Assembly: GCA_049297675.1 (NCBI GenBank)
Contig: JBAQUS010000004.1
Span: 13,188 to 77,187 of the forward strand
Source of the DNA: Minisyncoccia bacterium
GTDB taxonomy: Bacteria > Patescibacteriota > Minisyncoccia > Phycocordibacterales > DATDWN01
Direction of reading: 5' to 3'
DNA length: 64,000 nt
Shown: in pieces, positions 55,047 to 64,000 of the stretch
How the letters are laid out: the number at the start of each line of letters is the position of its first letter
How positions within the stretch are numbered: position 1 is the stretch's first letter
Notes under the pieces: generated by a model
The model's input: the letters and a program-made list of their open reading frames with translations, nothing else
The model's database searches: none
Told to the model about the DNA's origin: nothing
Position numbers and translations under genes: made by a program

Positions 55047-55077
55047 TCATCTTACTAGGGTAACCCTAGTAAGATGA
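55047..55077. repeat. REP-like palindrome TCATCTTACTAGGG-TAA-CCCTAGTAAGATGA (rayT2-associated, upstream side)
   Basis: Perfect 14-3-14 palindrome 4 nt upstream of the rayT2 start. Same core as 54342-54362. Confidence 0.6.
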
Positions 55078-55084
55078 AATTTTG

Positions 55085-55125
55085 ATACCATGAAGCCCTG
55101 AGACTTCATGGTCCCAGGGCTGTTA
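55085..55125 (-). terminator. Overlapping hairpins (AGCCCTG...CAGGGCT and CCATGAAG...CTTCATGG) downstream of the small high-GC ORF
   Basis: Two perfect 7-8-bp stems. Confidence 0.4.
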
Positions 55126-55133
55126 CCTGCTTT

Positions 55134-55343
55134 TTATTCTTCCTTCTCAGGTTTTTGTGGTGTGAAAGTGACAGAACCTGGGAGTTGACCTGAGGCACGT
55201 CTTTGCTGACGCACGGCTTCTTTGTAAAGTAGACATTGACGGTCAGCCTCAGCAGCATCACCACGTTCCCGTGCTTCTGACGCTCTGCACATACGAGTGA
55301 GCCACTCTGGGTTTGGTTCTGGATCAGTACCACGATTCGCCAT
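55134..55343 (-). CDS. Small hypothetical protein (69 aa), high GC (about 52%), co-oriented downstream of gyrA
   Basis: MANRGTDPEPNPEWLTRMCRASEARERGDAAEADRQCLLYKEAVRQQRRASGQ... Strong RBS GAGGAGG 7 nt upstream of the ATG. Confidence 0.4.
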   Translation of the reverse strand: MANRGTDPEPNPEWLTRMCRASEARERGDAAEADRQCLLYKEAVRQQRRASGQLPGSVTFTPQKPEKEE

Positions 55344-55372
55344 GATTAACCTCCTCAAATTTTCCACATACA

Positions 55373-57841
55373 TTATAAACAAATAAGTGAGGCAATACTA
55401 TCTCCTTCGCGGAGTTTCATGATACGGACACCTTGAGTTTGACGACCAAGAACTGGGATTTCTTTGCTGTCCACTCGGATGACTTGTGATTTTTTAGATA
55501 TTGCCACAATTTCACCTTCAACACTAGCAAAAACTTTAGCGGAAATCAGACTACCTGTTTTTGGAGTAACTTTGGCAGTTTTTATTCCCGAGCCACCGCG
55601 GTTTTGGATTTTGTATTCATCAATATCTGTGCACTTGCCATACCCGTTTGCAGAGATGACCATAACGTTTGCATTGTCTAGATCATTTGGAACTGTCTCA
55701 GCAGAAATAATCTCATCACCCTTTTTTAGTTTAATAGCCCGCACTCCCATAGCGGTTCTTCCCATCTCACGAATATCTGATTCTTTGAAATGAATGGCCT
55801 GTCCCTTGCTTGTTACAACGATAACTGTATCTTTTTTTCTAGTAAATGAAGCTGAGATGAGTGCGTCACCGTCATCTAGCTTTATTGCAATAATACCCGA
55901 AATTCGTACATCGTGAAAACTAGCAGTGGCTACTTTTTTTACTGAGCCTTGTTTAGTAACCATCATTGTTGAAGACTCTTCGCCCTTAACTTTCTTTGGC
56001 ATTGGCAAAATAGAAGTGATTTTCTCACCTTCTGAAAGTGGTAAAAAGTTCATGATTGATTTCCCACGAGTAGCCCTGCGTCCCTCTGGAATGTCATACA
56101 TTTTTGTCTGATAAACTTTTCCTCTGTTAGTAAAGAAAAGCAAATCGGAGTGAGTAGAAGTTATGAGTAGATTTGTAACAAAGTCTTCTTCTTTTGTGTC
56201 CAGGTCAATCACCCCGACTCCCCCACGTTTTTGTTTTCTAAACTCATCTGGATTGGTTCGCTTTATGTATCCACCAGCGGTCAATACTAGCGCGTTTTCC
56301 TCATCAGGAACGAGATCTTCGACGGAAAGTACTTGTGCTCCACCCTTTATTATTTTTGTGCGCCTCTCGTCACCATATTTTTCCTTAATATCTTCCGACT
56401 CTTTTTTTATTATTAAAATAACTTTCTTTGGAGAGTTTAATATGGACTTTAGTTCCTCAATCATAATCTGCACTGCCTTGAGTTCATCCTCTATCTTCTT
56501 TCTCTCAAGTCCGGCCAAACGTGAAAGCTTCATTTCCAAAATAGCATTGGCTTGAATTGACGAGAATTTAAACTCTTTCATCAATCTCATGTGAGCCTCG
56601 GGAGTATCTTTGGAAGATTTGATGAGTTTAATAATGGCATCAATATGATCGAGTGCTTTTTTCAATCCCAAAAGAATATGCTCTCTTTCCAGTGCTTTTT
56701 TGAGATCAAACTCTGTTCGTCTTTTTATTACTGTTACTCTGTGAGAAATAAATTCCTCCAAAATATCTTTTAGGGAGACTGTCTCTGGTATCCCTTTTAC
56801 GAGACCAACCATATTGTAATGAAAAGTGTCTTCGAGTTGAGTATGTTTATATAAATAATTCAGAACTGTTTGAGGATGAGCTGTACCTTTTAACTCAATA
56901 ACTATTCTTATATCTTTTGCAGACTCATCACGAATGTCTTTTATTCCCTCGACTTTTTTCTCCTTGTGAAGATCAACTATTTTTAATATTAGGTCAGCCT
57001 TGTTTACTCTAAATGGTAGCGAAGTAATAACGATTTGATACTGTCCAGATTTTGTCTCAACAACTTCTGCCATACCACGCACAACTACACCACCTTTTCC
57101 TGAAGAATAAGCATGATGCATGTCCTTAGCTCCAAAAGCTATTGCTCCTATCGGAAAATCTGGACCTTTGACGAACTGCAGAAGATCCTCTGTTGTAGCA
57201 TCTTTATTATCTGCCAAATGGATAACCGCATCCATCACTTCGTTTAGGTTATGAGGCGGAATATTTGTTGCCATTCCAACGGCAATACCTAGTGTGCCGT
57301 TTAGAAGCAAGTTAGGTACAGCGGTTGGCAAAACTTTCGGCTCCTTTTTTGTGCCGTCGTAATTTGGCACAAAATCAACAGTTTCTTTTTCAATATCGTG
57401 CAGAAGTTCGGATGCCAATTTAGTCATTTTTGCCTCCGTATAACGCATGGCTGCCGCATTGTCTCCATCAATCGAACCAAAATTTCCCTGACCTAATATG
57501 AGAGGGTAACGCATAGTAAAATCCTGCGCCATCTTAACCATTGAATCATAAACTGCTACATCACCATGCGGGTGATAATTTCCCAAAACTTCTCCGACTA
57601 CCGCAGCAGATTTTCTGGATTTGGCACCAGATGTCAATCCGAGTTCTGACATAGCAAAAAGAATTCTCCTATGCACAGGTTTTAGTCCATCACGAACATC
57701 TGGTAATGCACGATCGGTAATAACAGACATTGCATAATCTATAAAAGATGTCTTCATCTCAGAAGTTATTTCCTGCGAGATAACATTTTTTACAGCTAAA
57801 GCCGAATTGGTCTCTTCTGGATTATTTTTTTTACCTGACAT
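55373..57841 (-). CDS. gyrA: DNA gyrase subunit A
   Basis: [23 protein letters not shown], catalytic-Tyr region and C-terminal beta-pinwheel repeats. Confidence 0.9.
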   Translation of the reverse strand: MSGKKNNPEETNSALAVKNVISQEITSEMKTSFIDYAMSVITDRALPDVRDGLKPVHRRILFAMSELGLTSGAKSRKSAAVVGEVLGNYHPHGDVAVYDSMVKMAQDFTMRYPLILGQGNFGSIDGDNAAAMRYTEAKMTKLASELLHDIEKETVDFVPNYDGTKKEPKVLPTAVPNLLLNGTLGIAVGMATNIPPHNLNEVMDAVIHLADNKDATTEDLLQFVKGPDFPIGAIAFGAKDMHHAYSSGKGGVVVRGMAEVVETKSGQYQIVITSLPFRVNKADLILKIVDLHKEKKVEGIKDIRDESAKDIRIVIELKGTAHPQTVLNYLYKHTQLEDTFHYNMVGLVKGIPETVSLKDILEEFISHRVTVIKRRTEFDLKKALEREHILLGLKKALDHIDAIIKLIKSSKDTPEAHMRLMKEFKFSSIQANAILEMKLSRLAGLERKKIEDELKAVQIMIEELKSILNSPKKVILIIKKESEDIKEKYGDERRTKIIKGGAQVLSVEDLVPDEENALVLTAGGYIKRTNPDEFRKQKRGGVGVIDLDTKEEDFVTNLLITSTHSDLLFFTNRGKVYQTKMYDIPEGRRATRGKSIMNFLPLSEGEKITSILPMPKKVKGEESSTMMVTKQGSVKKVATASFHDVRISGIIAIKLDDGDALISASFTRKKDTVIVVTSKGQAIHFKESDIREMGRTAMGVRAIKLKKGDEIISAETVPNDLDNANVMVISANGYGKCTDIDEYKIQNRGGSGIKTAKVTPKTGSLISAKVFASVEGEIVAISKKSQVIRVDSKEIPVLGRQTQGVRIMKLREGDSIASLICL

Positions 57842-57905
57842 TTAGGTGGTAAGTTAAATTAATCAGTGGATTATAGCACAACAAAAAGGCAAATTCAAAG
57901 CTTTT

Positions 57906-58274
57906 TTAATCGGAGGAAGGATTATTTTCTATTAGTAAATCTGAGGTACTAGAGGTATTTTTTGGAATATTTTCTGAATTGTTTTGAACGTAAGTCTCAG
58001 AACCAGACAAACCACCTAGAGAATTTTTAAAATTTGCCACCTCTCCTCCAAATGTCAAAAGGGATGAATAAACCAAATCAGAAAATGCCGATAAAGGACT
58101 TGGTTCACTATTTATGGCCTCAATGTCTCTTTTCTCTTGTTCCCTAAAACTGGGATATATAACAATTGCCCACATAAGCAAGATTATCCCAGAAAAAGTA
58201 ACAGCAATAAGTAAAGCAATTTTTTTTCTTATTTTATGGGGTTTTTCTCTTAATCTCTCAATGAGGTTGAGCAT
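57906..58274 (-). CDS. Hypothetical single-TM membrane protein (122 aa)
   Basis: One TM helix. No motif recognised. Confidence 0.3.
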   Translation of the reverse strand: MLNLIERLREKPHKIRKKIALLIAVTFSGIILLMWAIVIYPSFREQEKRDIEAINSEPSPLSAFSDLVYSSLLTFGGEVANFKNSLGGLSGSETYVQNNSENIPKNTSSTSDLLIENNPSSD

Positions 58275-58322
58275 TTAATAGTTATAAAGTTTAAAGTAGA
58301 AAGTTATAAAGTTGGTATTAAA

Positions 58323-58958
58323 TCAGATGGATTCGAGGACTAGTACGTCGCCTTCCTTGCCTTCTAGATCTTTTCTTTTGACAGTCAGTTTGTCGACAGG
58401 TTTTATTCCTTCCTCACCAGACTCCTTTAGAAATTTTTTCAATGAATCTTTTTCACCTACTTCCTCAAAATGACTAGGAATTATTATTTTTGGTTCAAAC
58501 TGCACAGCCACCTTGTGAGCTACAGCGGGATCTAAGACATCTCCACCACCTATTGGCACAAAAAGAATATCCACGCCGTCGATTCCCTCCTTTGTCTCAG
58601 AGGATAATTCCTTCTCTGAAAGTGCTCCAAGAAAACAAAGACTTATTCCCTCAAGTGAGACAGTATATATCGTGTTAATCCTTTCCTTGCCTCCGTAGTT
58701 GGACTTTGATAAAAAACCTTTTATGAAAACGCCAGAGACTTCATACTCACCCGGACCGTTTATAAGAAATGATTCCTTTTCTCCACGAGAAGTTGAGTCA
58801 GAGCCGTTGTGCTCCGGAGAATTGAGGGAAACAAGAGTAATGTCGCTTCCAAAACTCTTGCCTTTTATTTCGGAGTCCTTGGAAATTGGATTAACAGCAA
58901 TGGTGGTCTCACCAAAAGAAACCTTAAAAAAATCCGCTCCGTGGTATGTGATTATCAT
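58323..58958 (-). CDS. Metallo-beta-lactamase-fold hydrolase (UPF0173-like)
   Basis: MIITYHGADFFKVSFGETTIAVNP resembles the MKITWLGHACF...ILIDP N-terminus of MBL-fold UPF0173 proteins. Confidence 0.45.
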   Translation of the reverse strand: MIITYHGADFFKVSFGETTIAVNPISKDSEIKGKSFGSDITLVSLNSPEHNGSDSTSRGEKESFLINGPGEYEVSGVFIKGFLSKSNYGGKERINTIYTVSLEGISLCFLGALSEKELSSETKEGIDGVDILFVPIGGGDVLDPAVAHKVAVQFEPKIIIPSHFEEVGEKDSLKKFLKESGEEGIKPVDKLTVKRKDLEGKEGDVLVLESI

Positions 58959-59017
58959 AACGTTAGTCTAACAGAAAAATTTATTTTTTCAAACTGAGAA
59001 ATTTCAAAATTAAATTT

Positions 59018-59055
59018 CTTAACAGGTACTTGGCGGTTTAACCGCCAAGTACCTA
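59018..59055 (-). terminator. 15-bp hairpin AGGTACTTGGCGGTT-TAA-CCGCCAAGTACCT downstream of the small zinc-ribbon ORF
   Basis: Perfect long stem, with a U-rich segment after it on the minus strand. Confidence 0.5.
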
Positions 59056-59220
59056 AGAATTTTGAAAGTTATTTATTTGACTACTCAGTTGTAGAAATCA
59101 GTCGTAGAAAATAAAGCGAGGACTCCCCTCGCTTACTCGCTTAAAATACTTAGAGAAACAGAAAACCCGCCGACCGATGCCGACGGGTTTCATAATCGTC
59201 GCTTGAGGTGATTTCCATTG

Positions 59221-59472
59221 TCAGTACGAATCGCTCATTGTTTTCCACCCGCAATATGTACAAGTTGAGTAGACAAACGTGTACATCTTGTCTTCAGTAT
59301 TACGTGCCTCCTGGCTAATCTTTCTAGAAAAGCACTCAGGGCACGACTTGATTTTGAGGGACGGGGGAACTCCAATCCCAAGACCCTTCGACAAATCTTC
59401 GATCAAATCTCTGACGATGCTCATGGTTGAAACCTCCGCAACCATTATACACCCAAACACAACGCTTGTCAA
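59221..59472 (-). CDS. Small zinc-ribbon protein (CPEC...CTYC), start uncertain
   Basis: CxxC...CxxC pairs. Moderately higher GC. Confidence 0.35.
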   Translation of the reverse strand: MTSVVFGCIMVAEVSTMSIVRDLIEDLSKGLGIGVPPSLKIKSCPECFSRKISQEARNTEDKMYTFVYSTCTYCGWKTMSDSY

Positions 59473-59585
59473 GATGGTAAAAATGTGTTACTTCTGTATA
59501 CTGTTTGGGTATTTTACAAGCAGAGTCTAAAAGGAGTTAAACCATCACATTTGTGTAATCCCCTAGGTGTCACCTAGGGGAAAAT

Positions 59586-60740
59586 GTGATAGCCTCCTCT
59601 CTAAAATACTCAAGAATACTAATGTCAAGAAAAATAAAGGAGGAAGTTAAGAGCGAAGCGCTTGAAAAAGAAGCCAAGCAAAAGGAGGAGGGGGTAATGT
59701 CAAAAATGCTAAACGACGACATGATCCCCCCGGGAATTGATGATGTTGTCGAAGGAAAAGTCATAGGAATTGAAAAATCAAAAGTTTACATAGATATTCC
59801 CCCATTCGGTACGGGAATCATTTTCGGTAAGGAATATATAAACGCAAGAGACATTATAAAAAAAATAAATGTTGGTGATTCTGTTGCTGGAAAAGTAATA
59901 TCACTTGGAAACACGGAAGGCTACATTGAAATTTCCCTTAAGGAAGCTCGTCAGGCACTTATATGGTCTGAAGCAGAAGATGCAATAAGGGATAAGAAAG
60001 TTTTTGAACTCTCAGTCACAGAAGCAAATAAGGGTGGTCTTATACTTTCATGGCAAGGTATTTCAGGATTTCTACCAGCCTCACAACTGAAAACCGAACA
60101 CTACCCAAGAGTTTCCGATGGCGATAAAGACAGAATCCTAGAGGAGCTTAAGAAACTTGTTGGTCAGAGAATTTCCGTAACCATAATCGGAGCCAGTCCA
60201 AAAGAGGGAAAACTTATTTTCTCTGAAAAAAGTCCGGAGCAGAAAAATAAAGACTACATTATCGGAAAGTACGAGCTTGGTGAGGAAGTTGCTGGAGAAG
60301 TAACTGGTATGGTTGACTTCGGAGTTTTCGTAAAGCTTGAGGAGGGACTGGAAGGTTTGGTACACATATCAGAAATTGATTGGGCGCTAGTAGAGAATCC
60401 GAAGCTTATGTTTCATATTGGCGAAAAAGTCAGAGTAAAAATAATTGAAATAAAGGATGGGAAGATTTCCCTTTCAATAAAGGCTCTCAAAGAAAATCCT
60501 TGGAAAGATGCAGAAAAGAAATACAAAAAAGACGACATTGTGGATGGTGTGGTTATTAAGTTCAATAAACACGGAGCTCTAGCATCCATAGAAGAAGGCA
60601 TTGCAGGCTTGGTTCATATTTCAGAGTTCGGAAGTGACCAAACACTACATGAAAAACTTGAGCTAGGTAAGAACTACAAGTTCAAGATTAGTATGTTCGA
60701 CTCAAAGGAACAGAAAATGACATTAAATTTTGTAGGATAA
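59586..60740 (+). CDS. rpsA: 30S ribosomal protein S1 (multiple S1 domains)
   Basis: Repeated S1/OB motifs (GKVIGIEKSKVYIDI, VTGMVDFGVFVKLEEGLEGLVHISEI, GVVIKFNKHGALASIEEGIAGLVHISE). The true start is probably a downstream Met. Confidence 0.7.
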   Translation: MIASSLKYSRILMSRKIKEEVKSEALEKEAKQKEEGVMSKMLNDDMIPPGIDDVVEGKVIGIEKSKVYIDIPPFGTGIIFGKEYINARDIIKKINVGDSVAGKVISLGNTEGYIEISLKEARQALIWSEAEDAIRDKKVFELSVTEANKGGLILSWQGISGFLPASQLKTEHYPRVSDGDKDRILEELKKLVGQRISVTIIGASPKEGKLIFSEKSPEQKNKDYIIGKYELGEEVAGEVTGMVDFGVFVKLEEGLEGLVHISEIDWALVENPKLMFHIGEKVRVKIIEIKDGKISLSIKALKENPWKDAEKKYKKDDIVDGVVIKFNKHGALASIEEGIAGLVHISEFGSDQTLHEKLELGKNYKFKISMFDSKEQKMTLNFVG

Positions 60741-61306
60741 TCTCCACTCTACTAGTGGCATGAAGGGCGACCTTGTGGGTCGCCCTTTGGCACGAATACT
60801 TACTTCGTCCTGATAACTGCCTCTAGAATTTTTACGAGAGATTGCTTGGCAGTAGAAATGACTTCGGCAGCTTCGTTGCTTGTGACCTGATCCGACCTTC
60901 GCCAGGTTGGAGGGTGAGACAAGAGAGACTTGGATGATTCTTGTGAACTACCTCTCCTCCACATTTTTTCGATTTCTTGATGTGACATATTTCCCCCTAT
61001 CTTTCCTCAACTCCAAAACGTCTCAGGACTATACCATGGAAATTTTCTATTCTCCCCCATGATTTAGGGTCAAGTGTGAGAGTAGTCAAGAATGCCATCT
61101 CATACGAGGAAAAGCCAATTTCTACTACTTTCCACTCGCCTACAGACGATCTAGGGTCAGGAATGTAGTAAAAGAGTATTACTGGATCACTCTGAGACTC
61201 ACTAGAACGAGAATTCATACACATTTTCACCCTCCTCAGGATGAAGTTCTGACATAGACTATGCCACAACATAACACCAAAAACAAGGGAGTCTAACGAT
61301 TTAGAT

Positions 61307-61894
61307 TCAATTAAACCCTGTCATGGTTTTCTCCAGTCCCATAGTGACGAAAGTCTCTAATGACTCGTTTACTTTCTTTGATAACTTTTTCAGTTCCTTA
61401 ATTTCCTCGTCCTTAAACTTTCCTAATATAACTTTTGTTACAGCTTCATCACCACTTGGTTTTTTGATTTTTCCGCTAGAGGTCACAGGCGAAATCCCAA
61501 CACGAATACGTGCAAATTTTTCTGTTTTGACAGCCTTTATTATTGATTCCAGTCCCTTGTGTCCGCCGGAAGATTTGTTAAAGGAAATTTTAGATTTTCC
61601 AAAAGATAAATCGAGATCATCGTATATCACAACCATTTTTTCTGCTCCCTTAATACTAGATACAAGATTCTTTATGCTACTCCCTGATTTATTCATGAAA
61701 GTTTCTGGCAAAACAAGAGTCACAGGTGATTTACCCACTTTTACCTTAGCCAATGTAGCATTCTGCTTTTTATCAAAATTCCACTCTGCATCAAGGGTCT
61801 TTCCAAACCATGTGAGGAGCATCCGTCCAGTGTTATGACGAGTGTCTTTGTATTCTTCTCCCGGATTACCAAGACCTACAAAAATATATGACAT
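61307..61894 (-). CDS. pth: Peptidyl-tRNA hydrolase
   Basis: IFVGLGNPGEEYKDTRHNTGRMLL N-terminal signature. Confidence 0.8.
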   Translation of the reverse strand: MSYIFVGLGNPGEEYKDTRHNTGRMLLTWFGKTLDAEWNFDKKQNATLAKVKVGKSPVTLVLPETFMNKSGSSIKNLVSSIKGAEKMVVIYDDLDLSFGKSKISFNKSSGGHKGLESIIKAVKTEKFARIRVGISPVTSSGKIKKPSGDEAVTKVILGKFKDEEIKELKKLSKKVNESLETFVTMGLEKTMTGFN

Positions 61895-62016
61895 TTGATT
61901 ATCTTAGCATAAGATAATCAAAAATTTCCAATTACTAATTTCTAATTGCTAATTACTAAAATTACGTGTCTAAGTTTAAAAATTATAAATTTGAAATTAA
62001 AAATTAACTTTTTCTA

Positions 62017-62652
62017 TTGTGTCAAACGAGCTTTGCTTGTATACTTCTTTTTATGAATTCTGAAAATCCAGATAAAATTGTTGTTGAAAAAAATCAGGAA
62101 AAGAAAAGTACTTGGAAAGACATTGTCAAAGAAATAGTTATTTTTGTAATCATTGCTTTTGGTATTGTCTTACCTTTTAGAATGTATGTGGCTGAGCCGT
62201 ATTTAGTTGATGGCAGGTCAATGGATCCGACATTTAAAACAGGAGACTATCTGATAGTCAACAAAATACTTTACAGATACAAGACTCCAGAAAGAAATAC
62301 AGTTCTAGTCTTCAAATACCCAAACGATCCCAAAAAAAGCTTTATAAAAAGAGTGATTGGGCTTCCTGGTGAGACTGTAGAAATCAAGGGCAACACTGTC
62401 ACAATAAAAAACAAGGAAAATCCAGAGGGTTTGGTTTTAGACCAATCTTATGTTATACATACCTCTCAACAGGATATTAAGAGGGTGCTCTCCGAAGATG
62501 AATATTTTGTTATGGGAGATAATAGAACTGAAAGCTTTGACTCGAGAGCTTGGGGTCCGCTTAACAAAAAATACGTATCTGGTGAGCCACTTATTAGGCT
62601 TTGGCCACTAAATAAAATTGAACTTTTGCCAGGCATTTTGCAAGTTAAGTAA
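62017..62652 (+). CDS. lepB: Signal peptidase I
   Basis: Box B SMDPTF (catalytic Ser), box D/E GDNRTESFDSR. Confidence 0.8.
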   Translation: MCQTSFACILLFMNSENPDKIVVEKNQEKKSTWKDIVKEIVIFVIIAFGIVLPFRMYVAEPYLVDGRSMDPTFKTGDYLIVNKILYRYKTPERNTVLVFKYPNDPKKSFIKRVIGLPGETVEIKGNTVTIKNKENPEGLVLDQSYVIHTSQQDIKRVLSEDEYFVMGDNRTESFDSRAWGPLNKKYVSGEPLIRLWPLNKIELLPGILQVK

Positions 62653-62674
62653 TTAGGCAAGTAATTAGAAAAAG

Positions 62675-63910
62675 ATGACAAAAAAATTAGGAAAAAACTC
62701 CGGTGAAAAGCAGTCTAAATCGCACTTAGAGAGTGTTACTGATAAGGTTGGTGAAACAGCAATTCACTATGGATTTACGGTTGTCAGACCTCCCCAAATA
62801 ACATCTGATGATATTTCAAAGTATAAACAATTCAAAGAATCCGATCACTACGGTGACGCACTAGAAAAAATAGCTTTGACTCGCTGGTATATAGAAAACA
62901 GACTTGAAACAGAAGCCCAACCTATTACAATTCATTATAAACGGCCTCTTCTGGGAGGACACTTAAAGAAAAAACCAAACATTGAGATGTATGGCTTTGA
63001 AGTAATGGGTAACACCAAAGCTACTTCTGAAGCTCTGATTTTAAAAACCATTTTGGCAGTTTTAGACGATTTGGGATATAGGGATTTGTATTTAGACATA
63101 AATAGTATAGGTGACAGAGAATCTATTTCAAGATTTGAAAGAGAGCTTCAGTCATACTTTAGAAAAAATCAACACATACTACCAGCCAAACTACGTAATG
63201 ATTTTAAAAAGAATCATTACTCTTTTGTCATAGAAAACCACCCTGAATCAAAAGAGTTTTTAAAAAATGCTCCACAAACCGTCGGCACTCTCTCTGAAGC
63301 AGGCCGTCTTCACTTTAAAGAAGTTTTAGAGTCAATTGAAGCTTTTGACGTGTCCTACAAAATTAAGCCACACGCAATAGCAAGCAAACATTATGCTTCC
63401 TATACAATATTTGAAGTTAGACAAATTTCAGAGAAAAAAGAGGAGGATGGAATCCTTTTGGCTTACGGTTACAGATACAACCACTTGGCCAAGAAAATAG
63501 GAGGAAAAAAGGATATATCAAGTGTCGGTGGCACAATCCTTGTAAAAAAGCACCCCTCATTTACAAAAAAAGTAGCTATAAAAAATATAAAGAAACCAAG
63601 ATTTTACTTGGTTCAGCTAGGCTCCATTGCTAAACTAAAAGTTCTAAACGTTGTTGAAATGCTTCGTAAAAATAAAATCGGCGTTTATCACTCTATAACT
63701 AAAGACAAAATCACGGGACAACTAAATGGGGCTGAATACATGAAAGCCTCTCACGTTCTCATAATGGGTCAGAAGGAAGCCATAGAAAACAGTATCGTTG
63801 TCAGAAACCTAATAAACCGAGAACAAGAAACTGTCTCACTTGAGAAACTACCTGAGTTTTTAAAAAGTTTGGATAAAGATGAGGTAAAGAAGAAAAAGAT
63901 GAAGAAATAG
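62675..63910 (+). CDS. Histidyl-tRNA synthetase-like protein (HisRS/HisZ family; divergent catalytic motifs, typical HGTP anticodon-binding domain)
   Basis: GYRYNHLAKKIGGKKDISSVGG resembles HisRS motif 3 (GGRYD...G). C-terminal FYLVQLGSIAKLKVLNVVEMLRKNKIGV...VLIMGQKEAIENSIVVRNL is anticodon-binding-like. Confidence 0.5.
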   Translation: MTKKLGKNSGEKQSKSHLESVTDKVGETAIHYGFTVVRPPQITSDDISKYKQFKESDHYGDALEKIALTRWYIENRLETEAQPITIHYKRPLLGGHLKKKPNIEMYGFEVMGNTKATSEALILKTILAVLDDLGYRDLYLDINSIGDRESISRFERELQSYFRKNQHILPAKLRNDFKKNHYSFVIENHPESKEFLKNAPQTVGTLSEAGRLHFKEVLESIEAFDVSYKIKPHAIASKHYASYTIFEVRQISEKKEEDGILLAYGYRYNHLAKKIGGKKDISSVGGTILVKKHPSFTKKVAIKNIKKPRFYLVQLGSIAKLKVLNVVEMLRKNKIGVYHSITKDKITGQLNGAEYMKASHVLIMGQKEAIENSIVVRNLINREQETVSLEKLPEFLKSLDKDEVKKKKMKK

Positions 63911-63918
63911 TTGATTTT

Positions 63919-63998
63919 CAAAATTTCTTTCTCACCAAATCTTTTTCCAGACCGCATAAAAGTTTGCTAACTTTTTGCTTAGCCTCGAAAATCTAAGA
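63919..63998 (+). other. Conserved 80-nt noncoding element, copy B (truncated by the window end)
   Basis: Same conserved blocks as 25962-26041. Internal hairpin AAAAGTT/AACTTTT covaries with copy A. Confidence 0.5.
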
Positions 63999-64000
63999 AA

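Larger units (their letters stand above)
45492..55077. mobile_element. Putative RayT/REP-bounded accessory island next to a tRNA cluster (cargo: high-GC SPFH plus lysozyme-like operon, 7 pilin paralogs, SBP, methyltransferase)
   Basis: Two paralogous Y1 transposase genes with cognate REP palindromes at the outer ends. Compositional shift inside. Four tRNA genes on the left flank. Confidence 0.35.

Noticed and set aside
60800-61272. Two small minus-strand ORFs between rpsA and pth
   Set aside because: No motifs or clear translation signals. It could be a 3' UTR or small protein, but evidence is insufficient to call.

Overview
This window is low-GC (about 33-38% by eye) streamlined bacterial chromosome. 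TGA is used as an ordinary stop (for example rbfA ends with TGA). It is dense with housekeeping genes on both strands: DEAD-box helicase, dnaX, dus, folD, ftsQ-like, serS, dprA, topA, a small RelA/SpoT homolog, parB, murB/murA, miaA, alr, rpmG, clpB, an HtrA-like protease, a NifS-like cysteine desulfurase, infB-rbfA, gyrA, rpsA, pth, lepB and a HisRS-like gene. There are nine tRNA genes. The gene repertoire, the small RSH, the truncated IF-2 and the TrbC/VirB2-like pilin array are consistent with a reduced-genome bacterium (possibly a CPR-type organism), but this cannot be proven from the sequence alone. The most striking part lies directly after a cluster of four tRNA genes (44579-45203). An accessory segment of about 9.5 kb (45492-55077) is delimited by two divergent paralogs of an IS200-like Y1/HUH (RayT-type) transposase (45556-46215 and 54366-55043). 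Each paralog is flanked by its own family of REP-like palindromes. Between them sit a compositionally foreign (about 55% GC) two-gene operon with a near-consensus sigma-70 promoter, encoding an SPFH/band-7 membrane protein and a 4-TM protein with a C-type-lysozyme-like catalytic motif. Next to it are seven tandem TrbC/VirB2-like pilin paralogs, an ABC-type solute-binding protein and a SAM methyltransferase. No T4SS ATPase or channel genes are in the window. Other noteworthy items: (a) an 80-nt conserved noncoding element present twice (25962-26041 and 63919-63998) with a covarying internal hairpin; (b) a DHFR-like gene interrupted by one in-frame TAA; (c) a PaaX-like regulator gene flanked by two related long palindromes; (d) an ArsR-family gene with two related operator-like palindromes; (e) a duplicated terminator plus tRNA-Tyr 3'-end module; (f) a conserved terminator repeat shared by tRNA-Gln and tRNA-Trp.
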